From: Gemmatimonadales bacterium
GTDB taxonomy: Bacteria; Gemmatimonadota; Gemmatimonadetes; Gemmatimonadales; GWC2-71-9
DNA: 64,000 nt
Assembly: GCA_050733075.1 (NCBI GenBank)
Contig: JBOHSD010000014.1
Span: 13-64,012, forward strand
Direction: 5' to 3'
Shown here: in pieces, positions 54,467-63,949 of the stretch
Position numbering within the stretch: position 1 is the first letter of the stretch
Layout: every line of letters starts with the position of its first letter
Notes under the pieces: generated by a model
Databases searched by the model: none
Seen by the model: the letters and a program-made list of their open reading frames with translations, nothing else
Told to the model about the DNA's origin: nothing
Program-made: the position numbers and the translations under genes

Positions 54467-55437
54467 GGCACCTCCAGAAATTGAACCTTGTTCTCCATCA
54501 ACTGCGGCACCGCAACGCGAGAGTTCCTCGGATCGACGTCGATGTCGGCAGGAAATGAAATCCCCGTGGCTACCGTTCTAGCCTGGCCGTTTTCAATAAC
54601 GAACAGACTCGAATCGGTCCAGCTCGTCACCAGCAGGCGACCATCGGGAAGCATCACCACGCCATCGTGCTGACCGGGGCCGGACCCGATCGACTCAACA
54701 TCCTTGTCGCCCGGCTTCCATCCGTAGATGCCTTTACCCAGAAAGGAGACGATCACAAAGCGGCGCTGCTGGGCATCCCAGGTGATGCCGTTGGGGCCCT
54801 CGAGCTTGGATGACGTGAGGGCGGGCTTGGCGCCGGCCCGGGTAACCCGGAAGACCCGATCGGGGCCGGGGTGGGAAACCTTCCCGTCGGATCCGAAGAG
54901 GATTCCGGTGTCAGTCATGTAGATCGCTCCGTCCGGCCCCACCGTCGCGCCGTTGAGGAACTTGGCCTGCCCTTGAGCGCTGACGTTGGCGATGGGCGCT
55001 CCGGTGCGCTTGTTGAAGGCGCGGGCGACATCGATGTCCGCCACCCAGAGCGTGTCGCCGTTGATCGCGAGCCCTTTGGGAGCATGGAGCGTGACCCCCT
55101 TCTTCCCGCCCTCGATGAACTTGACCGAGTACGGGGTGCCGTCGGGCCTGAGCCGGCTGATGTATCCGTTGTTGTCCTTGCCGAGGGGCTGACCGTTAAT
55201 GTTGGCCACGAACCACACGTCGAGGTCGCGGTCGTAGCGGGCCGACTCCGGTCCCTCGAGGTTCGGGGTCTCCCCCACCTTCCGGAACATGCCGGACTCT
55301 TTTTCGTAGACGGCTGCGGACTCAGCCAGAGCGCGGGAATCGGCGGCCGTGCGGTCATCTCGGCCTTTACAGGCTCCCAGCCAGAGGCTCAGCGGCGCGC
55401 TGAGGATCAGGATTTGTTGGACGTATTGGCGGAGCAT
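54463..55437 (-). CDS. Beta-propeller lipoprotein (SMP-30/gluconolactonase/NHL-like)
   Basis: LSLWLGACKG lipobox. Repeated ...GP.GI..D / DG.IY..D propeller blade motifs. ATGA overlap with the downstream gene. Confidence 0.7.
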   Translation of the reverse strand: MLRQYVQQILILSAPLSLWLGACKGRDDRTAADSRALAESAAVYEKESGMFRKVGETPNLEGPESARYDRDLDVWFVANINGQPLGKDNNGYISRLRPDGTPYSVKFIEGGKKGVTLHAPKGLAINGDTLWVADIDVARAFNKRTGAPIANVSAQGQAKFLNGATVGPDGAIYMTDTGILFGSDGKVSHPGPDRVFRVTRAGAKPALTSSKLEGPNGITWDAQQRRFVIVSFLGKGIYGWKPGDKDVESIGSGPGQHDGVVMLPDGRLLVTSWTDSSLFVIENGQARTVATGISFPADIDVDPRNSRVAVPQLMENKVQFLEVP

Positions 55438-55585
55438 TGAGGCATTCTCCACATCAGGAGGACAAGCAAGTATACCCACACCACCCTCCCCGTCGCAGCG
55501 GAGGAACGGCGAACCCTTCCAGCCGCTGCAGTGCGCTCAGGTGGATGGATCGCGCAGAGGTTACAGTGCACAGCGGGGGTGGGGC

Positions 55586-56557
55586 CTACGATTCCTCAGG
55601 TACGCCGCCAACCTTCGCGACCTGATCCGCACGGACCCGCCCGGCATCGAACCGCCGCGCGGCAGAAAGCATCGTATCGAGCGTCTCGTCCGCATCGGCG
55701 GGGCCGCGCTTGAACCGTATCGGGTTGATCCGCGCCACCACGAACGGGCGAAGGTAGGGGCTCTCGAAGCCGCGGGCCTTGAGCGCCTTCATCGCCTCGC
55801 TCACCGCCGCGTCGACTTGGAGGACCCGCTTGGCCCGTTCCCGCCGGGTCTCCAGCGCCTTGGGCAGCGCTGCCGACTGCCACTTCTCGATTCGGCGCAG
55901 GATCGGGTGGTAAGCCCCGCCGGCAAACCGGCCGTTCTCCTGGTAGCAGAGTCCCAGAGTCAGGAGGGCCGGCTCCTCGAACTCGATCTCGTAATCGCGC
56001 TCGGGCCGGCTCTCGGTTGCCGCCAGCAGCTCGGCCAGCCGGATCACCTCCAGCGACCGCTCGCGCAGGTTGTGCGCCTTCTCGGTGTTGAGCAGCAGGA
56101 TTCGGTGGGCGACCTCGATCTCCGGCACCACGATGGCGATGGCCGACCTGGCTCCGAGCTGCCGGAGCGCGGCCAGGCGGTGGTTGCCGTTGGGGGTCCA
56201 GTACTTCCCCTCTTCCGAGCGCACTACGACCATCGGGTCCAGGTATCGGCCCAACTTATCGATGGCCGCGGAGAGCCGCTCGACGTGCGGCTTTGAGAGG
56301 TCGCGCTGATAGGGAGTGGGCTCGACCAGATCTATGGGAAGGGCGGCGAAGAGCTGCCAGTTCCCGCCGAGGGGGTCTTTGTAGGGGGCCAGGACGGTGC
56401 CGCCGTCGGCCTCGATCGCCTGGGCCAGCCGGGTCACCTCTGCGGGCGGGGTTCCCGAGCCGATGGCGTCGGGCGCGATGCCGCGGGAGCGGGGCTCGGC
56501 TGCCGCCTTCTTCTTGGAGCGGCGGGTTGCCTTTTTTTCTGTCTTGGGCTCAGCCAC
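55586..56557 (-). CDS. ParB N-terminal (sulfiredoxin-like) domain protein
   Basis: LVEPTPYQRDLSKPHVERLSAAI...PNGNHRLAALRQLG, with a basic N-terminal tail. Confidence 0.75.
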   Translation of the reverse strand: MAEPKTEKKATRRSKKKAAAEPRSRGIAPDAIGSGTPPAEVTRLAQAIEADGGTVLAPYKDPLGGNWQLFAALPIDLVEPTPYQRDLSKPHVERLSAAIDKLGRYLDPMVVVRSEEGKYWTPNGNHRLAALRQLGARSAIAIVVPEIEVAHRILLLNTEKAHNLRERSLEVIRLAELLAATESRPERDYEIEFEEPALLTLGLCYQENGRFAGGAYHPILRRIEKWQSAALPKALETRRERAKRVLQVDAAVSEAMKALKARGFESPYLRPFVVARINPIRFKRGPADADETLDTMLSAARRFDAGRVRADQVAKVGGVPEES

Positions 56558-56748
56558 TGGGTACCCCGTCTGGTTTCGCTCAGCCGACAGAGGTATGTAA
56601 ACCCAGCGGAAAGACTTCGGGAAGACTGCCGATGCCGCAGGGTGGTGTGGCGCCGCAGCCCCCTATGTCCTTCCGCGACGCGATACCGGCCTCTAGCTTC
56701 TTCTTGCAACTACGCGAGTCCATCATTTCGTTCTCTAGACCCCTAGAA

Positions 56749-57588
56749 ATGACGCACACCTCTCCAGGCCGGATGTCGGCTCGGACGCTGGTTCTCCCTC
56801 TGGTGGCCGGGCTGTCCCTGCTCGGTGGCGGAGTTGCACGCGCCGCGCCCGCGCAGTGGGCCGTGGTGACACGGAACGTCAATCTGCGCGCTCAACCCTC
56901 GACCGATTCGGCAGAGATCGTGCTGCTCCATACTGGTACCGAGCTCGAGCTGGTGTGGCCCGACCGGGTGAACCGCTACTACCTCGTCCTGACTGAGGCG
57001 GGCGAGATCGGCTGGGCCTGGGGGAATAACGTGCGGTTGGCATCAGAGAGCGAGGTTCCGTCGCTGGAGCACTTTCCCCGCGAGCGCGGCACCACCCCAC
57101 CGTATGACCGCGACCGGCATTTCGGTGGATGGACCGACCACGATGCGGACTGCCAGGACACCAGAGCCGAGGTTCTGGTGCGCGACTCCGATGGGGGAAC
57201 AGTGGCCGACGCGCGCGGGTGCCGCATCCGCCAGGGCCGCTGGCCGGACCCATACAGCGATGAAGTACTCACTGCCGCGGCCGACGTGGACATCGATCAC
57301 TTCGTGCCGTTGAAGAACGCTTACGAATCTGGTGCCTGGCGCTGGAGTTACCCTCGGCGAGCGGCCTACGCCAACTACCTGCAGGATTCCCGTCATCTCC
57401 TTGCAGTTAAGGACCGGCTCAATCAGTCGAAAGGCGACCGGGGACCCGACCGCTGGTTGCCGCCGAGCCAGCCCTATCTCTGCACCTACGTACGGGAGTG
57501 GGTGCGCCTCAAGGACAAGTGGCGGCTCGTCATTTCAGCCGGTGAGAGACGGGCGGTGGACAGCATCAGTGGCCTGCATTGTCAGTGA
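56749..57588 (+). CDS. Secreted SH3b-domain HNH/DUF1524-type nuclease
   Basis: Signal LLGGGVARAAP. SH3b-like VNLRAQPSTDSAEIV...GWAW. C-terminal nuclease motifs VDIDHFVPLKNAYESGA and NQSKGD. Confidence 0.7.
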   Translation: MTHTSPGRMSARTLVLPLVAGLSLLGGGVARAAPAQWAVVTRNVNLRAQPSTDSAEIVLLHTGTELELVWPDRVNRYYLVLTEAGEIGWAWGNNVRLASESEVPSLEHFPRERGTTPPYDRDRHFGGWTDHDADCQDTRAEVLVRDSDGGTVADARGCRIRQGRWPDPYSDEVLTAAADVDIDHFVPLKNAYESGAWRWSYPRRAAYANYLQDSRHLLAVKDRLNQSKGDRGPDRWLPPSQPYLCTYVREWVRLKDKWRLVISAGERRAVDSISGLHCQ

Positions 57589-57864
57589 GCCTGCGACCCC
57601 CAGGTGCTTGACCGATCGTTCTCCGCGCTCCTGCCACCTAGCGGCGATAATGCCGCGATGGCAGTCGCCGGGATGGCGCTCGAAACATGCGATGCAGACC
57701 TGCTTGCTTCGAGCGTGGAACGTGGCGACCAGGGCTTCAAACTGGTGACTCCAGGCCGTCTCTCTCACGTCCAGGAGCACATCCACAGTTGCTTGCTTCA
57801 GAAGCCGGACGAACTCGTCTATGCTGCGCTTCTCATAGCCGAGAGTAAGTAAGGTGGTCGGCAT
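57535..57864 (-). CDS. DUF488-family protein (short form)
   Basis: LLTLGYEKRSIDEFVRLLKQATVDVLLDVRE and CFERHPGDCHRGIIA. Its 3' end overlaps the convergent nuclease gene by 54 nt. Confidence 0.55.
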   Translation of the reverse strand: MPTTLLTLGYEKRSIDEFVRLLKQATVDVLLDVRETAWSHQFEALVATFHARSKQVCIACFERHPGDCHRGIIAARWQERGERSVKHLGVAGSLTMQATDAVHRPSLTG

Positions 57865-57889
57865 ATGCTCCGGAGATATGGTCCTGAGG

Positions 57890-58594
57890 TTAGCGTCCCA
57901 CCCTCAGCCGGTTATGCACCTCCCGCACCCCCGGCACCGACTCTACCAGCTCCTCGGCCAGCAGCCTCGCGTCGGAGCCGTCCACCACCCCGCTGAGCGT
58001 CACTGCGCCACCCTCGACCTCGACTTCGACTTCCGTGGCCTCGAGCTCGGGATCCCGGATCAGGATCTCGTGGAGCTCGCGGGCGAGACTCTCATCGGGC
58101 CGGCGGACCCTACGCGGGCCGCGAGCCTCCTGGCGGCCCTGCTCCTCCCTGCGCTCGGCGGTGTACTGCTCCTCGCCCCAGGTCTCCTCCCCGGGGTAGC
58201 CGAGCCCCTCTTGCCCCCGGGCGCCGGAGCTTGCGCCGGAGCTGTGGCGCTGCCAGTCACCGTAACTAGGCGCGTCCTCGTCAGATGCCTCGTCCTGGTA
58301 CACCTCGCCGCCCAGCGTACTGTAGCTGCCCTCCCCACCGGTTCCACCCGTCCGCGGGTTGGCCGGCTGTCTCGGCTCCGAAAGCTGGCCGCCGAAGCGG
58401 CCTGAGGCTTCGGTGCCGGGGCTGCCCCCGCTCGGATCGACCTGCTCCTCTGCGGTCGGCCCTTCACCCCGCTCGAGCAGCTGGGTGCTCTCCTTGTCTC
58501 GCTTGATGGTTCGCCGACGGACCGCCGGCCGGCCTCGCCGTGGCGAGCCGCGCCTGGTCTGGCCGCCCCTCCTGCCACCGCTCTTTCGTGCCAT
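57890..58594 (-). CDS. BON-domain protein with long disordered basic/acidic N-terminal region
   Basis: The C-terminal segment VEVEVEGGAVTLSGVVDGSDARLLAEELVESVPGVREVHNRL is a BON domain. Confidence 0.75.
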   Translation of the reverse strand: MARKSGGRRGGQTRRGSPRRGRPAVRRRTIKRDKESTQLLERGEGPTAEEQVDPSGGSPGTEASGRFGGQLSEPRQPANPRTGGTGGEGSYSTLGGEVYQDEASDEDAPSYGDWQRHSSGASSGARGQEGLGYPGEETWGEEQYTAERREEQGRQEARGPRRVRRPDESLARELHEILIRDPELEATEVEVEVEGGAVTLSGVVDGSDARLLAEELVESVPGVREVHNRLRVGR

Positions 58595-58769
58595 TTTTCT
58601 CCTCCGAGTTGGCCGTGCTCCGCAACCTTGGCCCTCTGCAAGGGCAATACTGTGAGCGGGATTACATCTCCTGGTGCGGAAGCGCTCCTATAGATCGGCT
58701 ACTGCCCGGAGCCACGTCTAACCGGGAGAATGTGGCAGCGTGCTACTGCGGAGTCGAGTGAGGAGCGCG

Positions 58770-59141
58770 ATGTGGGAAACGGCTTGGGAAGAGGCGGCCC
58801 TTGCCCGCCGCTTTGTCGAACGCCTTAGGGAAGTTCCCCCCTCCCTGCTCAGGCCGGCGGTGCCACCGGCGCTGGACGCGGATCCCTACCTCAGCGCCTG
58901 GACCAACGTGCAGGCCGCACTGGCAAACGCGCCCCCGGTGGATCGGGAGCGGCTACGTGTCCTCACTGAGGAGCTCGACCGAGAGTTGAGCGTCCTGCCG
59001 ATGAATCCCGTGATGGCCCAGGCGGCGCGCCGCTCGGTCCGCGCTCTCCTTGCCCGGCGGTGGCTCACGACGCCGGAGAGCTTCACCTTTGTCTTCGAGC
59101 CCTTCGAGAGTGTCATCCCTCTTACGTCCCTTCACGCCTGA
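58770..59141 (+). CDS. Hypothetical protein
   Basis: GAGGAG lies upstream of the ATG at 58770. The sequence is helical and protein-like. No family recognised. Confidence 0.45.
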   Translation: MWETAWEEAALARRFVERLREVPPSLLRPAVPPALDADPYLSAWTNVQAALANAPPVDRERLRVLTEELDRELSVLPMNPVMAQAARRSVRALLARRWLTTPESFTFVFEPFESVIPLTSLHA

Positions 59142-59154
59142 AGCGGGCGCAGGA

Positions 59155-59820
59155 TCATGGGCGAACCGACATCTCCGCCGCGGTCCGCTCCAGCAGCTCC
59201 CTGACCTCCTCGTCGGTCGTCTGGGAGAAGTCCTGGTACCAGAGCCCCACCGCATAGAACGGCTCCGGCGTCACCGCACAGACGACATCGTCCACCTGCT
59301 CCTTCAACAGCTCGCAGGTATCGCCCGCCGCTACCGGCACCGCCACCACAATGCGGGCCGGCCCCTGCTTTCGGAGCGCCTGGACTGCCGCCAACATGGT
59401 TGATCCGGTGGCCAGGCCGTCGTCCACCAGGATCACCGTCTTGTCTCGCACGTCGGGCGGAGGACGGTTTCCCCGGTAGAGCCGCTCCCGCCTCTGAAGC
59501 TCCTGCAGCTCCCAGTTGGCCACCGCATCGATCACGTAATCGGGAATGCGCAGCCCACGAACCACCTGTTCGTTGAGCACCCGCACCCCACCGGTGGCTA
59601 CGGCGCCCATCGCCAGCTCCTCGTGTCCCGGCACCCCCAGCTTTCGCACGATGAACACGTCCATCGGCGCGCGCAGCGCGCGGGCCACCTCGTACGCCAC
59701 CGGCACCCCGCCCCGTGGCAGGGCCAGAACGATTACGTCCGGCTGGTCGGCATACTTGCTGAGCCGGGAGGCGAGCTCCCGGCCCGCCTGGGATCGGTCG
59801 TTAAACAATCGTGGGGTCAT
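59155..59820 (-). CDS. Phosphoribosyltransferase-family protein
   Basis: [13 protein letters not shown] and [18 protein letters not shown] (PRPP-binding loop). Confidence 0.85.
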   Translation of the reverse strand: MTPRLFNDRSQAGRELASRLSKYADQPDVIVLALPRGGVPVAYEVARALRAPMDVFIVRKLGVPGHEELAMGAVATGGVRVLNEQVVRGLRIPDYVIDAVANWELQELQRRERLYRGNRPPPDVRDKTVILVDDGLATGSTMLAAVQALRKQGPARIVVAVPVAAGDTCELLKEQVDDVVCAVTPEPFYAVGLWYQDFSQTTDEEVRELLERTAAEMSVRP

Positions 59821-60019
59821 TTCTCCTCCAGCAGCGTCACCGAAACCTCGCCATCGGGAACCGCTCCACCCTCTACACCCCTGCTTGGGACCTGGACTCC
59901 ATACGCCAGCACTGACATACTCGGCTTCGGCAGTGCATATCTGTCAGGAAACCGGTACTCGCGCTAGCGGGAAAAGCCCGGCAGTCCGAGACCCGATCTT
60001 AGTGTGCGAGCAGCCAGCC

Positions 60020-60514
60020 ATGAGCGACATTGCCGAGCTCTTCCGCCGGCTCACCTATGGGGTCTACGTCGTCGGCGTGGCCCAAGGCGAAAAGCGGAAT
60101 GCCTTCACCGCCGCCTGGGTGATGCAGAGCTCATTCGACCCATTGCTGCTGGTCCTGAGCATCAACCCCGAGAACGCCTCGTATCGCTTGCTTGGAGGTG
60201 GTGGATTCGTGGTCAACGTGCTGAAGCAAGGTCAGTTGGATCTGGCCCGGCGGCTCGGCACCCGCTCGGCCTCGGATGAGGACAAGCTTGCAGGCATCGC
60301 ATGGAGCGCCGGCCGCACCGGCGCACCTATCCTCGATGAGGCGCTGGCCTACTTCGACTGCGAGCTTATGGGACGGGTCCGGGCGGGCGATCACGAGCTG
60401 GTGCTGGGGCGAGTGGTGGACGGCCAAGTGCTCGACCCCGACGCCACCCCGCTGACCCACGCCGAGACCGGTGATATGGATGGAAGCAGCGCTCTCTTTC
60501 CGAGGAAGCTGTGA
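60020..60514 (+). CDS. Flavin reductase-like (FMN-binding split-barrel) protein
   Basis: GVYVVGVAQGEKRNAFTAAWVMQSSFDPLLLVLSI...GDHELVLGRVV. ATG at 60020. Confidence 0.85.
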   Translation: MSDIAELFRRLTYGVYVVGVAQGEKRNAFTAAWVMQSSFDPLLLVLSINPENASYRLLGGGGFVVNVLKQGQLDLARRLGTRSASDEDKLAGIAWSAGRTGAPILDEALAYFDCELMGRVRAGDHELVLGRVVDGQVLDPDATPLTHAETGDMDGSSALFPRKL

Positions 60515-60861
60515 GCGTGTCGCGCAAGGCTCTCGCCCTGGCCGGGCTCCTGGGACTCGGGGCCTGCGACCAGTGGCACCTGTCGATCAACCGCGATGGC
60601 CTGGTCTTCGTTTCCGTGATCGATGGCACCGGCCAGCGGGACGGTTACCGGGTGCGCACTCGGCAGTCGCACGGCACCGTTCAAGTCGTTGACCTGCCTG
60701 CCTCCGGAGTCCTGAGGTTGAGCCCCGTGGCCTCGGGCATCCTGGAGCTCACACTTCTGCCGCCGGCGGGCTGCACGGTGGCGGGCGCCAACCCGCGGGT
60801 GTTGACGGTTGGCGTAGACGTGACCGTCAGGGTGAGCTTCGACGTGCGTTGCGGGGGGTAG
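60511..60861 (+). CDS. Hypothetical lipoprotein
   Basis: The GTG overlaps the upstream TGA. LALAGLLGLGACD lipobox. Confidence 0.5.
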   Translation: MSVSRKALALAGLLGLGACDQWHLSINRDGLVFVSVIDGTGQRDGYRVRTRQSHGTVQVVDLPASGVLRLSPVASGILELTLLPPAGCTVAGANPRVLTVGVDVTVRVSFDVRCGG

Positions 60862-61179
60862 GCGGGAGCAGACCACCCCACCCCACTCGGCCAGCGGCCC
60901 TGGACCGAGCCCCTCCGGCTTCAAGCGCCTGACATCCCTTCACCGCACCCCTTGCGCTCAGCCTTCGGGGCTCAGCCCAGTTCCGCTGGCCGCCCCACCA
61001 CAGGGGGAGGAGCAGCGGCGGAGCCATGGACCCTGAAGGGCGCGTCAGTGCGCACTGTATCCTCTGCGCGATCTTTCCTCCAGAGCGCACTGCAGTGACC
61101 GGAAGGGTTCGTGGCTCCTGCCGCTGCGGTGGGTGGTGGGCCTTAATGCCGTCTGTACCAAGGGCGTAAATGCCCCGGC

Positions 61180-61506
61180 TTATTCGACAAACAGCTTGAG
61201 CTTGCCCAGCGCCTGATCCCACTGCCGAGAGATCAGTTCGAGCGACCGGCGCGCCTCCTCCAGCCGCCGCCGCTCGAGCTGCCAAAGGCTCTCCTTCCCC
61301 CGCCGCCTACCCCGCACCAGCCCGGCGTTGGCGAGCACTCGCAGGTGTTTGGTGACTCCCTGCCGGGTGATGCCCGAACCCGCGGTGAGCCGCGAGATCG
61401 ACATCGGCTCTCCGCTTCCCAGCCGGGCCAGCAGCCGGAGCCGGGTCTCGTCGCCCAGGGCGGCGAACACCGGCGCCGGCGTCTCGGCCCTACGCCGCTG
61501 GGGCAA
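61180..61506 (-). CDS. ArsR/SmtB-family transcriptional regulator
   Basis: FAALGDETRLRLLARL...MSISRLTAGSGITRQGVTKHLRVLANAGLV. Confidence 0.9.
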   Translation of the reverse strand: MPQRRRAETPAPVFAALGDETRLRLLARLGSGEPMSISRLTAGSGITRQGVTKHLRVLANAGLVRGRRRGKESLWQLERRRLEEARRSLELISRQWDQALGKLKLFVE

Positions 61507-61963
61507 GGTACTTCCGGAGATTTTCCATCTGCCCAGTCCAGCCGGCTTCGTTCTCCCGGTACGCCTTCCCCCTGCGCGACACCGGAATCCGGTCGAACCC
61601 CGACTCCCTCACCGTGAGCCGGGTCCCCTCCGGCACCTCCTCCAGCTCGAACACTACCAGCGTGGTGGGCTCGGCCGGGTCGGCCTGGGGATCGCCGCCG
61701 GGCTGCCAGCGCCAGGAGAAGAGCCGCTCCGGCTCCAACCGGTCGATGGTGATGTCCATGGTGAGATGCTGGTAGCCCGGGCTGGTGACCGGCCCCCGCA
61801 CCCGGTCGCCTGGATTGAAAGGATCCTTCAGAGCTACCCCGAACCATTGGCTGAACTGCGCGGGATCGATGAGGGCGCGCCACACCCTTGATCTGGGGGC
61901 GCGCAGCACGATGGACTTCTCGATCCGGTCGGTGCTGCTGGGACTCTGGGTGCTGGTGCTCAT
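61490..61963 (-). CDS. SRPBCC-superfamily (Aha1/BPI-like) protein
   Basis: IEKSIVLRAPRSRVWRALIDPAQFSQWFG. 17-nt overlap with the ArsR gene. Confidence 0.85.
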   Translation of the reverse strand: MSTSTQSPSSTDRIEKSIVLRAPRSRVWRALIDPAQFSQWFGVALKDPFNPGDRVRGPVTSPGYQHLTMDITIDRLEPERLFSWRWQPGGDPQADPAEPTTLVVFELEEVPEGTRLTVRESGFDRIPVSRRGKAYRENEAGWTGQMENLRKYLAPAA

Positions 61964-61982
61964 GGCCGACCTCCTGGTGTGT

Positions 61983-62047
61983 AGGCAACCTGCTGGTTGC
62001 CTGAAACCTTAAGCTGGAGCCCGGAAATCCGCAACCCTTCGGTTGCG
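61983..62047. promoter_or_regulatory. Two related palindromes (GCAACC-N4-GGTTGC) in the divergent SRPBCC-ArsR / PolDom promoter region
   Basis: AGGCAACC tgct GGTTGCCT (61983-62002) and CGCAACC cttc GGTTGCG (62030-62047). Confidence 0.4.
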
Positions 62048-62105
62048 CGTCTACGAGCCCGACGCCGGCCCACCGGTCTTGGCGAACCGGGCTGCCGGAG
62101 CGAGA

Positions 62106-63107
62106 ATGAGAGCGATGCCCAAGGCGAAGCTGAGCGCAGCCCGCGCGAGATATGTCCGCCGAACTGAAGAGCACTCGAAGGTGGCCTCTTCCGCGGAGCT
62201 GGTGCGCATCGGCCGCCGGGAAATGGAGATTGCCCGCCTTGATAAGGTTCTGTTTCCCGAAGCCGGGATCACCAAGGGAGAGCTGATCGACTATTACCAC
62301 CGCATCGCCTCTTGGATGCTGCCGCATCTCCGGGGGAGGCCGCTGTCCCTGGAGCGCTATCCCGATGGAATCGAGGGCCAGGGCTTCTTCCAGAAATCGG
62401 CGCCTTCCTATTACCCCGATTGGATTCGCCGGGTCACGGTCAGGAAAGTCGGAGGCACCGTCACCCATGTGGTTTGCGAGGACGAGGCCACCCTGGTGTA
62501 TCTGGCCAACCAGGCGGTCGTGACCCCCCACGTGTGGCTCAGCCGCACCGACCGGCTCGACCACCCCGACCAGATGGTGTTCGATCTGGATCCGTCGGGC
62601 CAAGCCTTCGGACCGGTGAAAAGAACGGCGCAGGCGTTCAAGGAGCTGCTCGACCAACTGGAGCTCCCGGCCTACCTCAAGACCACCGGCTCACGCGGCC
62701 TGCACGTCGTGGTACCGCTGCGGCGCCGGGAAGGGTTCGATTCGGTACGCGCCCTTGCCAGAGAGCTGGCCGAGATCGTGGCCGGGGAGGCGCCCACCGA
62801 ACGGACTCTCGAACAGCTGAAGAGCAAGCGCGCAGGCCGGGTGTTCCTCGACACCAACCGGAATGCCTATGCCCAGACCGTCGCCCCAGCGTATGCGGTG
62901 CGGGCCCGGCCGGGGGCTCCGGTATCAGTGCCGCTGGATTGGAGCGAGCTGGAGAGAAAAGCGCTGCGGCCCGACGGCGTGACCATCCGTACCATCTTCG
63001 GCCGGCTGGAGAAGGTCGGCGATCCCTGGAAGGGCTTCTGGCGCCGCGGCGTTACGCTGACGCGGGCCCGACAGAAGCTCTCGTCGCCATCCTCCGCTCC
63101 CGCGTGA
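62106..63107 (+). CDS. Second stand-alone LigD-type polymerase/primase domain protein
   Basis: LDKVLFPEAGITKGELIDYY..PHLRGRPLSLERYPDGI.GQGFFQK, DLDP, and KTTGSRGLHVVVP. GGAG lies upstream of the ATG at 62106. Confidence 0.85.
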   Translation: MRAMPKAKLSAARARYVRRTEEHSKVASSAELVRIGRREMEIARLDKVLFPEAGITKGELIDYYHRIASWMLPHLRGRPLSLERYPDGIEGQGFFQKSAPSYYPDWIRRVTVRKVGGTVTHVVCEDEATLVYLANQAVVTPHVWLSRTDRLDHPDQMVFDLDPSGQAFGPVKRTAQAFKELLDQLELPAYLKTTGSRGLHVVVPLRRREGFDSVRALARELAEIVAGEAPTERTLEQLKSKRAGRVFLDTNRNAYAQTVAPAYAVRARPGAPVSVPLDWSELERKALRPDGVTIRTIFGRLEKVGDPWKGFWRRGVTLTRARQKLSSPSSAPA

Positions 63108-63172
63108 CGCCGGTCACCACACCTCCTCCCGGGGCCGCGTACACTCACCAAGACAGCGACAAAGGAGGAATC

Positions 63173-63808
63173 ATGGCTCTGCCGGATCAGTCGGGCTGGG
63201 GCATCGTGGGCGCGCTCTTGCTTCTGACCGCGTGCGAGGGCGATCGGAGGGAGCAGCGAGAGTCATCCGCCGGCGCGGATACTACGGTACCCGCTATGAC
63301 GTCGTCCGAGACCGCCAAAGCCCGGGCCACCATCGCTGGGCCACCGGGTTCGGGGATCAAGGGGGAGGTGACCTTCGTCGAGCTAGCGGGCAACGCGCCG
63401 GTACCAGGCGTGGAGATAGAGGCGCGCATCACCGGACCGGCAGACCGCTTGACCCCTGGTCCCCACGGCCTGCACATCCACGAGGTGGGGAGCGGCGCCT
63501 GTGTTCCTCCCTACAAAGCGGCACAGGGGCACTTCGACCCGGGACCGGCCGCCAACCCCGATCCCGACGTCAATCACCCCTTCCACCTGGGCGACATTCC
63601 CAATCTGGTCGTGGACCGGAACGGCGCGGGCGTAGTGGAGGCGACGACCAGCCGGATCACCCTCTCTCCCGGCCCCCTCAGCCTGTTCGACGCCAACGGC
63701 AGCTCCGTCATAGTTCATGAAAAGCCCGATCAGGGGATTCCCGGCCCGGCGGGGTCCGGAGTTTCGGGAGGCCCGCGGATTGCCTGCGGCGTGATCGAGT
63801 TGGAGTGA
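63173..63808 (+). CDS. sodC: Cu/Zn superoxide dismutase lipoprotein
   Basis: AGGAGG lies upstream of the ATG at 63173. LLLLTACEG lipobox. HGLHIHEVGSC-type motif, HLGDIPNL, SVIVHEKPD, and RIACGVI. Confidence 0.9.
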   Translation: MALPDQSGWGIVGALLLLTACEGDRREQRESSAGADTTVPAMTSSETAKARATIAGPPGSGIKGEVTFVELAGNAPVPGVEIEARITGPADRLTPGPHGLHIHEVGSGACVPPYKAAQGHFDPGPAANPDPDVNHPFHLGDIPNLVVDRNGAGVVEATTSRITLSPGPLSLFDANGSSVIVHEKPDQGIPGPAGSGVSGGPRIACGVIELE

Positions 63809-63949
63809 CCACCTGGCAGCTGCTCCCCGGTGATGCGGGTCACGGCTTCCCTATTTCCCTGGGGACACTATGCGTATTCCCGACACGTCAACCGCTCGCC
63901 GGCCGGCTACGATCTCAGGGCGGCGATCACTCACTTAGGGAGCCGGATC

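Noticed and set aside
55586-57588. A split GmrS/GmrD-like type IV restriction system (ParB-like protein plus DUF1524 nuclease).
   Set aside because: The ParB-like protein shows a classical ParB GxxRxxA-type motif rather than the DGQQR motif of DUF262. The nuclease carries a signal peptide and an SH3b domain, so it is probably extracellular. Reported as a low-interest finding instead.
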